A stretch of 15,424 nt of DNA from an uncultured archaeon (GTDB lineage Archaea; Asgardarchaeota; Lokiarchaeia; Sigyniarchaeales; SOKP01): positions 1-15,424 of the forward strand of contig CAZBPC010000080.1 of the NCBI GenBank assembly GCA_964493715.1. The letters run 5' to 3'. The position numbers were made by a program, and so were the translations under genes. Numbering within the stretch: the stretch's first letter is position 1; every line of letters starts with the position of its first letter. Under the pieces are notes generated by a model. The model saw only the letters and a list, made by a program, of their open reading frames with translations. It had not been told where the DNA came from and made no database searches. Below, one piece after another: positions 7,137 to 15,424 of the stretch.

Positions 7137-9149
7137 ATGGACATTTCAAAAGCCATGAAAATTAAATTATCTGAAGAACTACCGATATATCCTAAATTTA
7201 AAGATAAGATCCGAAGAGCTCCGAATCGAGGATTAACTTTAACTCGTGAAGAAATCGTTTTAGCATTGAAAAATGCCCTACGATATATCCCTAAAAATTT
7301 GCATGAAACATTGGCTCCTGAATTTTTAGAAGAATTATTGACCAAGGGAAGGATATATGGTTATCGTTATCGCCCCGACGGTGAAATTAAAGCGAAACCA
7401 ATTCAAGAATATAAGGGAATACTTGAAGCAAGAGCTATTCAATTAATGATCGATAATAATTTAGATTTTGATGTTGCACTTTATCCTTATGAGTTGGTAA
7501 CTTATGGTGAAAGTGGGCAAGTTTGTCAAAATTGGATGCAATACAGATTGATTAAGAGATATTTGGAAACAATAAAGGAAGATCAAACACTTGTGGTGAT
7601 GTCAGGTCATCCATTAGGAATTTTTCCAAGTAGGAGGAATGCGCCTCGTACAATTGTTAGCAATGGTTTAATGATTGGGATGTACGATACCTCAGATGAT
7701 TTTCAAAGAGCAACAGCATTAGGAGTCGCAAATTACGGCCAAATGACAGCAGGTGGGTGGATGTATATTGGACCACAAGGTATTGTTCACGGGACATATA
7801 TAACATTATTAAACGCGGGAAGATTATATCTAAAAATACCTGCTGTTGAAGGATTGAAAGGAAAATTGTATCTTAGTTCTGGATTAGGAGGAATGAGCGG
7901 AGCGCAAGCAAAGGCTATAGAGATAGCGGGTGGAATAGGAATTATCGCAGAAGTCGATTATTCGCGTATTAAAACACGTTATGATCAAGGTTGGGTTAGT
8001 AAGATGTCTGATAACTTGGAAGAAGTTTTTAACATCGTAAATGAGTATAGAAAAACTGAAGAACCTATATCCATTGCATATCACGGAAATATTATTGATA
8101 TTTGGCAATACGTTGTAGACAACAAGATCCCCGTTGAATTAGCTTCAGATCAAACTTCTTGTCATGCGGTATATGAAGGAGGATACACCCCAGCAGGCAT
8201 TACTTTTGAAGAGGGCCGGGATTTATTGAGAGAAGATAGGGAAAAATTCAAAGAATTAGTCAATTCATCACTTCTCAAACATTATGAATTGATCAAAGTA
8301 ATGAGTGAGAGAGGAACAAAATTCTGGGATTATGGCAATTCATTCCTTAAAGCCGTTTTTGATGCAGGGGCACAAGATATTGCTATTAATCGGGATCCTA
8401 AAAATGGTTTTATTTTTCCCAGTTATGTGGAAGATATTATGGGACCAATTTGTTTTGATTATGGATATGGTCCTTTTAGATGGGTATGCTTGAGTTTAAA
8501 TCATGATGATTTAATTAAAACTGATCAAGCTGCATTAGAAACCATTGATCCTAACCGTAGAGCACAGGATCGAGATAATTGGTATTGGATTAAGACAGCA
8601 GAACAAAATAATTTGGTAATAGGATCTGAAGCACGTATTTTATATGCTGATATGGAAACTCGAGTGAAAATTGCATTAAAATTTAATGAAATGGTCCAGA
8701 AGGGAGTTATTGACCCAATCATGTTAGGAAGGGACCATCACGATACTGGAGGTACCGATTCACCTTTTAGAGAAACTTCTAATATTAAAGATGGGAGTAA
8801 CATAATGGCCGATATGGCTCATCATTGTTGGGCTGGAAACATAGCTCGGGGTGCCACTATGTGCGTTTTATCTAACGGAGGAGGCGTAGGAACAAGTAAA
8901 GCCATTAATGGAGGTTTTGGGTTAGTTCTAGATGGATCGGAACGTGTAAAACAAATAATTAAAAATATGCTTGAATGGGATGTGAATTGTGGGGTTTCTA
9001 GAAGAGCCTGGGCGACGAATGAAAATGCTCTTCAAACCATCTATAAATGGAACATTGAAAATATCGATCGGGGACAAGTGACCCTACCATTTTTAGCAGA
9101 TGATAATTTATTAAAGAAATTAATAGATTCTAACATTAAAAATAGCTAG
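7137..9149 (+). CDS. hutU: Urocanate hydratase, long (~670 aa) form
   Basis: NNLD, ELVTYG, SGHPLG, YGQMTAGGWMYIGPQGIVHGT, GLGGMSGAQ, SDQTSCH, DYGN, GPFRW, GRDHHD, SPFRET and GGGVG motifs. Confidence 0.97.
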   Translation: MDISKAMKIKLSEELPIYPKFKDKIRRAPNRGLTLTREEIVLALKNALRYIPKNLHETLAPEFLEELLTKGRIYGYRYRPDGEIKAKPIQEYKGILEARAIQLMIDNNLDFDVALYPYELVTYGESGQVCQNWMQYRLIKRYLETIKEDQTLVVMSGHPLGIFPSRRNAPRTIVSNGLMIGMYDTSDDFQRATALGVANYGQMTAGGWMYIGPQGIVHGTYITLLNAGRLYLKIPAVEGLKGKLYLSSGLGGMSGAQAKAIEIAGGIGIIAEVDYSRIKTRYDQGWVSKMSDNLEEVFNIVNEYRKTEEPISIAYHGNIIDIWQYVVDNKIPVELASDQTSCHAVYEGGYTPAGITFEEGRDLLREDREKFKELVNSSLLKHYELIKVMSERGTKFWDYGNSFLKAVFDAGAQDIAINRDPKNGFIFPSYVEDIMGPICFDYGYGPFRWVCLSLNHDDLIKTDQAALETIDPNRRAQDRDNWYWIKTAEQNNLVIGSEARILYADMETRVKIALKFNEMVQKGVIDPIMLGRDHHDTGGTDSPFRETSNIKDGSNIMADMAHHCWAGNIARGATMCVLSNGGGVGTSKAINGGFGLVLDGSERVKQIIKNMLEWDVNCGVSRRAWATNENALQTIYKWNIENIDRGQVTLPFLADDNLLKKLIDSNIKNS

Positions 9150-9180
9150 TAATCTACTGAATAATTTAAAGTGAAAAATT

Positions 9181-10707
9181 ATGAAAGAAATTTTTAAATA
9201 TGGTTTAGATCATTTAACAGTTCCAATTGCATTAAAATTGCTCAATGGTGAAGTAGAAGGTGTATTGATAGAAGAAGTAAAATCGACCATTAGAAAGAGC
9301 TTTGATAATGTTCAAGCCATGATTCAAGGTGAAAAATTGATATATGGTATTAATACTGGTTTTGGCTCCTTAGCTACCACAAAGATCTCTAAAGAGGCGA
9401 CTGGAAAGTTGCAAGAAAATTTACTTAAGAGCCATTCTGTTGGGGTGGGATCAATAATTGAACAAGATATAGCAAAACTGATGCTAATCTTAAAATTACA
9501 TGTTCTGAGCAAGGGATATTCTGGAATTTCAGAAGAAGTGATAGAGAGAATATTATGGCATATTAAAAATGATTGGATACCAATGGTATATTCACAAGGT
9601 TCAGTAGGAGCTTCAGGAGATCTTGCTCCATTATCACATCTATTTTTACCATTAATCGGTTTAGGATATTTGTCTAATGACGGAAAATCTTATCAAGCTT
9701 CCAAAGAAATATTAGATCAATATAAATTAAAACCAATAAAATTGCATGCTAAGGAAGGGTTAGCATTAATCAATGGAACTCAATTCATAGCGGCTCATTC
9801 TATAATGGTTGTAGATAAATTTTTTAATTGTCTTGAGCATGCTGATATAATAGGTGCATTGAGTTTAGAAGCTTATCTTGCTTCAATACAACCATTTAAA
9901 GAAAGTCTAATTAATCTGAGACCTCACACTGGAGCGATGCAAGTTGCTCAAAATTTCAGATATTATTTAAAAGATTCTGGATTCGTAGAATCTCATGCAG
10001 ATTGTGGTCGTGTTCAAGATCCATATTCAATAAGATGCATTCCACAAGTGCATGGAGCATCTCGGGATGCTTTATCTCATTTAAATGAAAAATTGGAATG
10101 TGAATTGAATTCAGTTACTGATAATCCTGTCATTTTTGATGATAAGACAGCTTTAAGTGGAGGAAATTTCCACGGTCAACCTTTAGCATTACCTCTAGAT
10201 TATGTGAGTCTTGCGGCATCAGAATTAGGAAATATTTCAGATCGTCGCACATATCTCCTATTAGAAGGAAAATGGGGTTTACCGGCATATTTAATTAAAG
10301 AATCTGGTATCAATTCAGGATTTATGATTGCTCAATACTGTTCTGCAGCCCTTGTAAGTGAAAATAAAACTAGTTGTTTTCCTGCAAGTGCGGATAGTAT
10401 CCCAACATCGATGGGTCAAGAAGATCATGTAAGTATGGGTTCAATAAGTTCGCGAAAGGCACTAAATATTGTTAAAAATCTTGAAAATATCTTGGCTATT
10501 GAAATGTTATGTGCTGTTCAAGGAATTGATTTTAGACGTCCGTTAAAATCTAGTGTAGTTATTGAAACAGTTCATAAATTCATAAGAGAACGAGTTCCAC
10601 ACATTTCTAATGATACAATCTTATCTGATTTGATTGAAACATGTAAAAATATCATTCAGTCAAAAGTAATACTTGAATTAATTAAAAAAAATGATCAAAA
10701 TGAATAA
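9181..10707 (+). CDS. hutH: Histidine ammonia-lyase
   Basis: YGINTGFG, the His-specifying LLKSH, MIO-forming GSVGASGDLAPLSH, KEGLALINGTQ, QDPYSIRCIPQVHG, SGGNFHG and QEDHVSMG. Confidence 0.97.
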   Translation: MKEIFKYGLDHLTVPIALKLLNGEVEGVLIEEVKSTIRKSFDNVQAMIQGEKLIYGINTGFGSLATTKISKEATGKLQENLLKSHSVGVGSIIEQDIAKLMLILKLHVLSKGYSGISEEVIERILWHIKNDWIPMVYSQGSVGASGDLAPLSHLFLPLIGLGYLSNDGKSYQASKEILDQYKLKPIKLHAKEGLALINGTQFIAAHSIMVVDKFFNCLEHADIIGALSLEAYLASIQPFKESLINLRPHTGAMQVAQNFRYYLKDSGFVESHADCGRVQDPYSIRCIPQVHGASRDALSHLNEKLECELNSVTDNPVIFDDKTALSGGNFHGQPLALPLDYVSLAASELGNISDRRTYLLLEGKWGLPAYLIKESGINSGFMIAQYCSAALVSENKTSCFPASADSIPTSMGQEDHVSMGSISSRKALNIVKNLENILAIEMLCAVQGIDFRRPLKSSVVIETVHKFIRERVPHISNDTILSDLIETCKNIIQSKVILELIKKNDQNE

Positions 10708-11983
10708 AAATACTATTCCTGATTTAGCCATAATTTATGCTAATGAATTAGTTACAATGGATACAAGATTGGGCTGTCCCCGAATTGGAGATAAAATGAC
10801 AGAATTAGGAATAATTACTGACGGAGCGATTGCGGTTAAAGATAAACAAATTAGCTTTGTTGGTACCACAGATAAGCTAAAACAAATATATGAATTTGAC
10901 AGGATCAAGACCATAATAGATGCAACAGACCAATTAATAACTCCTGGATTTGTTGACCCTCACACTCATATCATTTTTGACGGTTCACGAGAAAACGAGC
11001 TTGAAATGAAACTTGAAGGAAAAACTTATTTAGAAATTCTAGCAGCTGGTGGGGGCATTTTAAAAACCGTAAACGCAACTCGTAAAGCTTCAAAAGAAAA
11101 ATTGGTTAATAATGGAATGAAGATATTAAATAAAATGATGAATTTTGGAACTACAACTATTGAAACTAAATCTGGATACGGACTCACGCTTGAAAGTGAA
11201 ATTAAGTCTTTAGAGGCAGCAAAATTATTAAATTTACAACACCCTATTGATATTATATCTACATTTTTAGGAGCTCATGCGATTCCACCCGAATATACCG
11301 AAAATTCAGATGATTATGTTGATCTCATTATTTCTAAGATGATACCTCAGATTGCTGAAAAAAAGTTAGCAGAATTTTGCGATGTTTTTTGTGAACATGG
11401 AATATTTTCAATCCAACAAACAAGAAAAATCTTAAATGCTGCTTTGAAATTTGGCTTAAAACCTCAAATACATATTGATGAGATTATGGATACGAATGGT
11501 GCGGCATTAGCCGCTGAATTAAATGCTGTCCAAACAGGTCATTTGTTAAAATCAAACGAGATGGGATTAAAAGAAATGGCAAAAAAAAAAATTATTGCTA
11601 CTCTTTTACCCGGTACTCCATTTTGTCTCATGTTAAATGATTATGCCCCTGCAAGAAAAATGATAGAATATGGAATACCAATAGCTCTAGCAACAGATCT
11701 TAACCCGAATTGCTGGACCGAATCGATGCAGATGATAATTGTGTTAGCATGTTATAACATGAAATTAAAACCTTCAGAAGCATTAACTGCTTCTACCATT
11801 AATGCAGCATGTGCTATCCAAAGACAGGATAAAATAGGAAGTTTAGAAATTGGTAAAAAAGCTGATATTAATATTTTTAATGTTCCTAACCACCAGTTTT
11901 TAGCATATCAATTTGGAGGAAATTTAATATCTAAAGTAATAAAAAATGGAAAAATTGTGGTTGATACACAGATTAATATTTAG
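10700..11983 (+). CDS. hutI: Imidazolonepropionase (start 10700 favoured, 10691 possible)
   Basis: PGFVDPHTH, YLEILAAGGGI, TKSGYG, FLGAHA, DVFCE, HIDE, LLPGT, ATDLNP and GKKAD. ATG 10700 overlaps the hutH stop (ATGAATAA), suggesting translational coupling. Confidence 0.95.
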   Translation: MNKNTIPDLAIIYANELVTMDTRLGCPRIGDKMTELGIITDGAIAVKDKQISFVGTTDKLKQIYEFDRIKTIIDATDQLITPGFVDPHTHIIFDGSRENELEMKLEGKTYLEILAAGGGILKTVNATRKASKEKLVNNGMKILNKMMNFGTTTIETKSGYGLTLESEIKSLEAAKLLNLQHPIDIISTFLGAHAIPPEYTENSDDYVDLIISKMIPQIAEKKLAEFCDVFCEHGIFSIQQTRKILNAALKFGLKPQIHIDEIMDTNGAALAAELNAVQTGHLLKSNEMGLKEMAKKKIIATLLPGTPFCLMLNDYAPARKMIEYGIPIALATDLNPNCWTESMQMIIVLACYNMKLKPSEALTASTINAACAIQRQDKIGSLEIGKKADINIFNVPNHQFLAYQFGGNLISKVIKNGKIVVDTQINI

Positions 11984-12901
11984 TTAAAAATCGAAATAAT
12001 CTTCTAATAAATGCTTTCTATCAAGTTTTTCGGGATTTTCAATCTGTAAATAATAATCCAATGAATTCAACACGGCATCTAATGGTAATACTCCAATTAA
12101 TTCAGTACCAACAATCTGTACACCATACCGAGCAGCTTCAAATCTCACCATTTCCATTTGTCTATATAATGGTGTTTTTTTAAAATTTACATTACTAATT
12201 CCTACTTGGACACAATCTCGACCTTCCAGCATGGTTCCCATTGCTTTTACATTGATTAATCCTCCTGAACGGAGATGGATTGCTTTCGCTACTTTTTTAG
12301 CAATTTTGACATCTTTTGTTCCTAAATTTATATTAAAGCTAATTAATGGGTATCGTGCTCCTGTAATGATAGCACCCGCCGTTGGATGAAATTCTGATGG
12401 ACCAAAATCGGGTTTACGATCAGGATCGGATTTAATTGCTTCCTTTAAGCCCTCATATTCTCCTTTACGAATATTGTCTATGTTAATTCTTTCAATTTTA
12501 CGAGCAGATGCTTCATATAGATAAACTGGTATCTTTTCTTGAGCCATTGCTTCTGCAAACTTAAGTGATAATTCTATGCATTCTTCTAAAGTCATATTTT
12601 GTGCTGGTACAAACGGAACGACATCAACAGCGCCAATTCGAGGATGTTGACCTTTATGTTTATTCATATCAATCAATTCTACTGCTTTTTTAGCAGCAGC
12701 GATATTAGCTTTTAATACGGCTTCTGGAGTACCTACAAAAGTGATCACTGCACGATTATAATTTGAATCATACTGAACGTCTACTATCCTTGTTTCAGGA
12801 GTATTTTTTATTTCATTTACAACTTTTTCTACTTTTTCTCTGTCTATTCCTTCACTATAATTTGGAACTGATTCTACAATCTTTTTATTTTTTAATTCCA
12901 T
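11984..12901 (-). CDS. ftcd: Glutamate formiminotransferase (stand-alone FT, no cyclodeaminase domain)
   Basis: ESVPNYSEG, YNRAVIT, IDMNKHKGQHPRIGAVDVVPFVP (catalytic His), PVYLYE, IRKGEYEG, PDFGP..FHPTAGA, GAR..LI.FN and ELIG. 305 aa. Confidence 0.95.
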   Translation of the reverse strand: MELKNKKIVESVPNYSEGIDREKVEKVVNEIKNTPETRIVDVQYDSNYNRAVITFVGTPEAVLKANIAAAKKAVELIDMNKHKGQHPRIGAVDVVPFVPAQNMTLEECIELSLKFAEAMAQEKIPVYLYEASARKIERINIDNIRKGEYEGLKEAIKSDPDRKPDFGPSEFHPTAGAIITGARYPLISFNINLGTKDVKIAKKVAKAIHLRSGGLINVKAMGTMLEGRDCVQVGISNVNFKKTPLYRQMEMVRFEAARYGVQIVGTELIGVLPLDAVLNSLDYYLQIENPEKLDRKHLLEDYFDF

Positions 12902-13006
12902 TCAAGGTCTCTCTTACTTTTTGTTTATACTTAATAAAAAGTCATGCTTGAATTAATATTAAACCGTCATAATATTATTTGATATTAAGAGAATAATAAT
13001 TCTCAT

Positions 13007-14266
13007 TCAGAAGGAATAAGATCTTGTCTTATAAGTTTTATCAGTAAATAAGTATAATTTGTCTATATTTTCTATTACTGGTTCATTAACTATCAAATCA
13101 ATTAAAATTTTCTCTTTTTTTGTACCCCGAGGTGTTTTATTAATTTTCTTTCCTTCAAAAATTATTTCTGTTGCATGCTGGTGTAAATAAGTGTCAGATT
13201 TTTTGCTCATAATAATAATATCATCATTTTTAGTAAGGTAACCATTATCTATAGATACTCGGGCGATCTTTTTATTAGGTATGTAAGATTTCACTTTCCC
13301 AATTTTAATATATCTATAATGAGATAAATTTGATGGTGATTTTTGTTGATGATCTTCTTCAGTCATCCTCTTGAAATAAAATCCCGGGGTGAATCCACGG
13401 TTATAGACTTTCTTTAATTCAGTAACCCAACTACCAGCCTTTTTTTGAGAAAATGTATCGTTATAATATGCTTCAATTGCTTCTCGATATACTCTTGATA
13501 CAGTTTCAACATAATGGGGGTGTCTCATCCTCCCTTCTATTTTAAAAGCATCCACGTTTGCTTCAATTAATTCTGGGATGTATGCGATGGTGCATAAATC
13601 TCTTGAATTCATGAATCGTGTCCCATCATAAAGATACTCGGTTCCCGACTCTTCACGAACCCACCATCGTCTCCTACAGGGTTGAACACAATTACCTCTA
13701 TTTGCGGATTTTTCTTCAGATCCACAGATATCTTGCGAAAAGTAACAACGTCCGCTTACAGAAGTACACATCGCTCCATGGATAAATACTTCGATTTCAG
13801 CTTTAGATAAATTCCTCTTTATTTCTTTAATTTTTTCTAAAGATAACTCCCTTGCCAATATAATTCTTTCAGCTCCTAGTGCTTCATAAAATTTGGCAGA
13901 AAGAGAATTTGAAACATTACACTGAGTTGAAATATGAAAGGGCAATCCAATTTGTTTAGCAATTTCTAACGCTGCTAAATCATGAATTATAACAGCATCG
14001 ATATCTGCTTCTTTTGCTTTCTCTAAAATAGTGCGTAAATATGCAAGTTCATTGTCATAAATTAAGATGTTCGTAGCTAAATAAGCTTTCAATTTACTAT
14101 CATGACAAAAAGTAACTATGTCAGCTAAATTTTCTAAAGCAATATTTTCAGATCGCATCCTCATGTTAAATTTTTCTATCCCAAAATACACAGAATCTGC
14201 GTATTTTGATGCGGCTTTAATTGCCTTGAGATTTTTAGCTGGAGCTAATAATTCTACTTTTCTCAT
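13007..14266 (-). CDS. Peptidase U32-family Fe-S protein, likely TrhP-like O2-independent RNA hydroxylation factor
   Basis: ELLAPA, ADSVYFG, HISTQ, ILARELS, EVFIHGAMCTSVSGRC...NRGNCVQPCR (four Cys), DLC and FKIEGR, plus a C-terminal beta domain. 419 aa. Confidence 0.88.
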   Translation of the reverse strand: MRKVELLAPAKNLKAIKAASKYADSVYFGIEKFNMRMRSENIALENLADIVTFCHDSKLKAYLATNILIYDNELAYLRTILEKAKEADIDAVIIHDLAALEIAKQIGLPFHISTQCNVSNSLSAKFYEALGAERIILARELSLEKIKEIKRNLSKAEIEVFIHGAMCTSVSGRCYFSQDICGSEEKSANRGNCVQPCRRRWWVREESGTEYLYDGTRFMNSRDLCTIAYIPELIEANVDAFKIEGRMRHPHYVETVSRVYREAIEAYYNDTFSQKKAGSWVTELKKVYNRGFTPGFYFKRMTEEDHQQKSPSNLSHYRYIKIGKVKSYIPNKKIARVSIDNGYLTKNDDIIIMSKKSDTYLHQHATEIIFEGKKINKTPRGTKKEKILIDLIVNEPVIENIDKLYLFTDKTYKTRSYSF

Positions 14267-14297
14267 CTTTTCGTTTTTAATAGCATAGTGGTTTTTT

Positions 14298-15424
14298 TTA
14301 CGTTAATTGGATACTTGTAGGAACAATACAGGCTTTTGGGCTGGTTCCATGTAATTTTTCAAGTTCTAATATTAAATCACCCCATTCTTTGATTAGAATG
14401 ACGTTTTCTGGAAAAAAATGATATAGATCTGATTCACTGACATTTGGAGAATAATAAAATACATTGCGTTTCTTAACAAATGCTTTCCAAATTACCATGT
14501 CTCCATAATTAGAGTAAAGTTTTGCTCCTGTTTCTGCTATAAGACTATGATATCCTCTTCCTTCATATGAGGAAGACATGAATACAATACTTCCCTTTCT
14601 CTGTAATAAAGCAGTAGGGGCTATCATCAATAGATTTAAACATTTTAAAGCTTGATTTAATTCTGAATCTTCAGGATATGCATTTAAGAAGCAAATTTGA
14701 TTATCTTGTGTAAGTTGTGTTTTATAAAACTCTTTAGCAACTTCCATTGTTCTTCTATGTGCATTCCGATAATGTCCAGCAAATAAATCTATGCTTTCAC
14801 CAATTTCATTCATGAGAACATTGATAGAAAAATCTAAACCAACCGTATCTGCAATATCCTCTATATCCTCCCTTATCTCAGTCATTCTTCCTAATCCTGC
14901 ACCCACACCCTTCATTCCCGCAGAATGATTTGATTCAAGCGTTCGAATACCACATACTCCCGGTAATACTATCTTTGCACCACCGCCAAATCCTGCGAGA
15001 GGATGAGGTATGACTCCACCTACAGCGATTTTTACTTCTGATTCATAATAAGTTTTATTTACTTCTATGGGAGTACCAATTTTGGATTCACCCAAATTTA
15101 CCAAATTCAAATAAGGATGATGGTTTTCGACGGAGTATTTATCAGCAATTTCCTTCCCCAATTTTAATTCGCAGTCTATTTTATTCATGGGTCTATGGGC
15201 TCCAACCGCCAATAGAATCTTGATATTATCTTTTCCAATATCCGCTTTATCTAGCTCCTCGAATACATGGGGTAAGATTTTAGCAGCTTGGGTAGTTCTT
15301 GTCATATCATCTACTACTATCACAGCAGATTTTTTTCCTTTCGCAATTTCAGATAATTTATTAGTTCCGATTGGATTTAATATTGCTTTTTTAATATCAT
15401 CACTACTCATTTCAGGATAATCAG
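14298..15424 (-). CDS. larA: LarA-family nickel-pincer-nucleotide racemase/epimerase, 5'-truncated by the window edge
   Basis: NPIG, VDDMTR, AVGAHRP, ENHH, PHPLAGFGGGAKIVLPG, SNH and NQALK. The frame stays open upstream of ATG 15410 (...DYPE-MSSDD) and the usual LarA N-terminal segment is missing, so the true start is probably beyond 15424. Substrate uncertain. Confidence 0.88.
   Translation of the reverse strand, partial: DYPEMSSDDIKKAILNPIGTNKLSEIAKGKKSAVIVVDDMTRTTQAAKILPHVFEELDKADIGKDNIKILLAVGAHRPMNKIDCELKLGKEIADKYSVENHHPYLNLVNLGESKIGTPIEVNKTYYESEVKIAVGGVIPHPLAGFGGGAKIVLPGVCGIRTLESNHSAGMKGVGAGLGRMTEIREDIEDIADTVGLDFSINVLMNEIGESIDLFAGHYRNAHRRTMEVAKEFYKTQLTQDNQICFLNAYPEDSELNQALKCLNLLMIAPTALLQRKGSIVFMSSSYEGRGYHSLIAETGAKLYSNYGDMVIWKAFVKKRNVFYYSPNVSESDLYHFFPENVILIKEWGDLILELEKLHGTSPKACIVPTSIQLT

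Noticed and set aside
11581-11591. A11 run inside hutI as a phase-variation or frameshift site
   Set aside because: The frame is intact (AKKKI) and conserved motifs continue downstream. Lys-codon runs are common at this AT content.
12959-13009. TGA stop of U32 followed in frame by 15 codons (selenocysteine/readthrough), and a small GAGAAT/ATTCTC hairpin at 12989-13004
   Set aside because: The TGA is at the natural C-terminus, not at a Cys-equivalent site. The extension is unremarkable and the hairpin is too weak for a SECIS or confident terminator.
13007-14266. Collagenase/protease annotation for the U32 gene
   Set aside because: Legacy family name. The four-Cys Fe-S motif and lack of a signal peptide fit the hydroxylation-factor role better.
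15408-15410. ATG 15410 as the true larA start
   Set aside because: The frame is open to the window edge and the typical LarA N-terminal segment is missing, so the gene likely starts outside the window.
5589-15420. Short overlapping ORFs 5589-5771, 7130-7345, 7884-8108, 8305-8493, 8525-8722, 9324-9512, 12763-12951 and 15187-15420
   Set aside because: All overlap well-supported genes in another frame or strand and show no recognisable motifs.

Overview
Very AT-rich, gene-dense prokaryotic metabolic region. It is probably archaeal, most like Lokiarchaeia/Asgard. That assignment is an inference from TTTATATA boxes just upstream of start codons, oligo-T tracts after genes, an AGGTGA SD, and the style of the Fe-ADH, AOR and 23-aa LRR proteins. 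Gene order: (-) partial L-rhamnose isomerase rhaA, which the ORF track missed; divergent (+) DeoR regulator; (+) iron-containing alcohol dehydrogenase; (+) 576-aa all-LRR protein; (+) aldehyde:ferredoxin oxidoreductase; (-) YwbE; (+) hutU-hutH-hutI; convergent (-) glutamate formiminotransferase; (-) U32-family Fe-S protein; (-) 5'-truncated LarA-family racemase/epimerase. I saw no RNA genes, CRISPR array or mobile element. Best leads: (1) a bacterial-type isomerase rhamnose locus with a DeoR regulator and direct repeats in an apparent archaeon, next to enzymes that could dispose of lactaldehyde (ADH, AOR, LarA); (2) an LRR solenoid that looks built by duplication of an 11-repeat block and has a Tyr-rich C-terminal face; (3) a possibly mosaic, folate-linked histidine pathway. 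No database searches were run.
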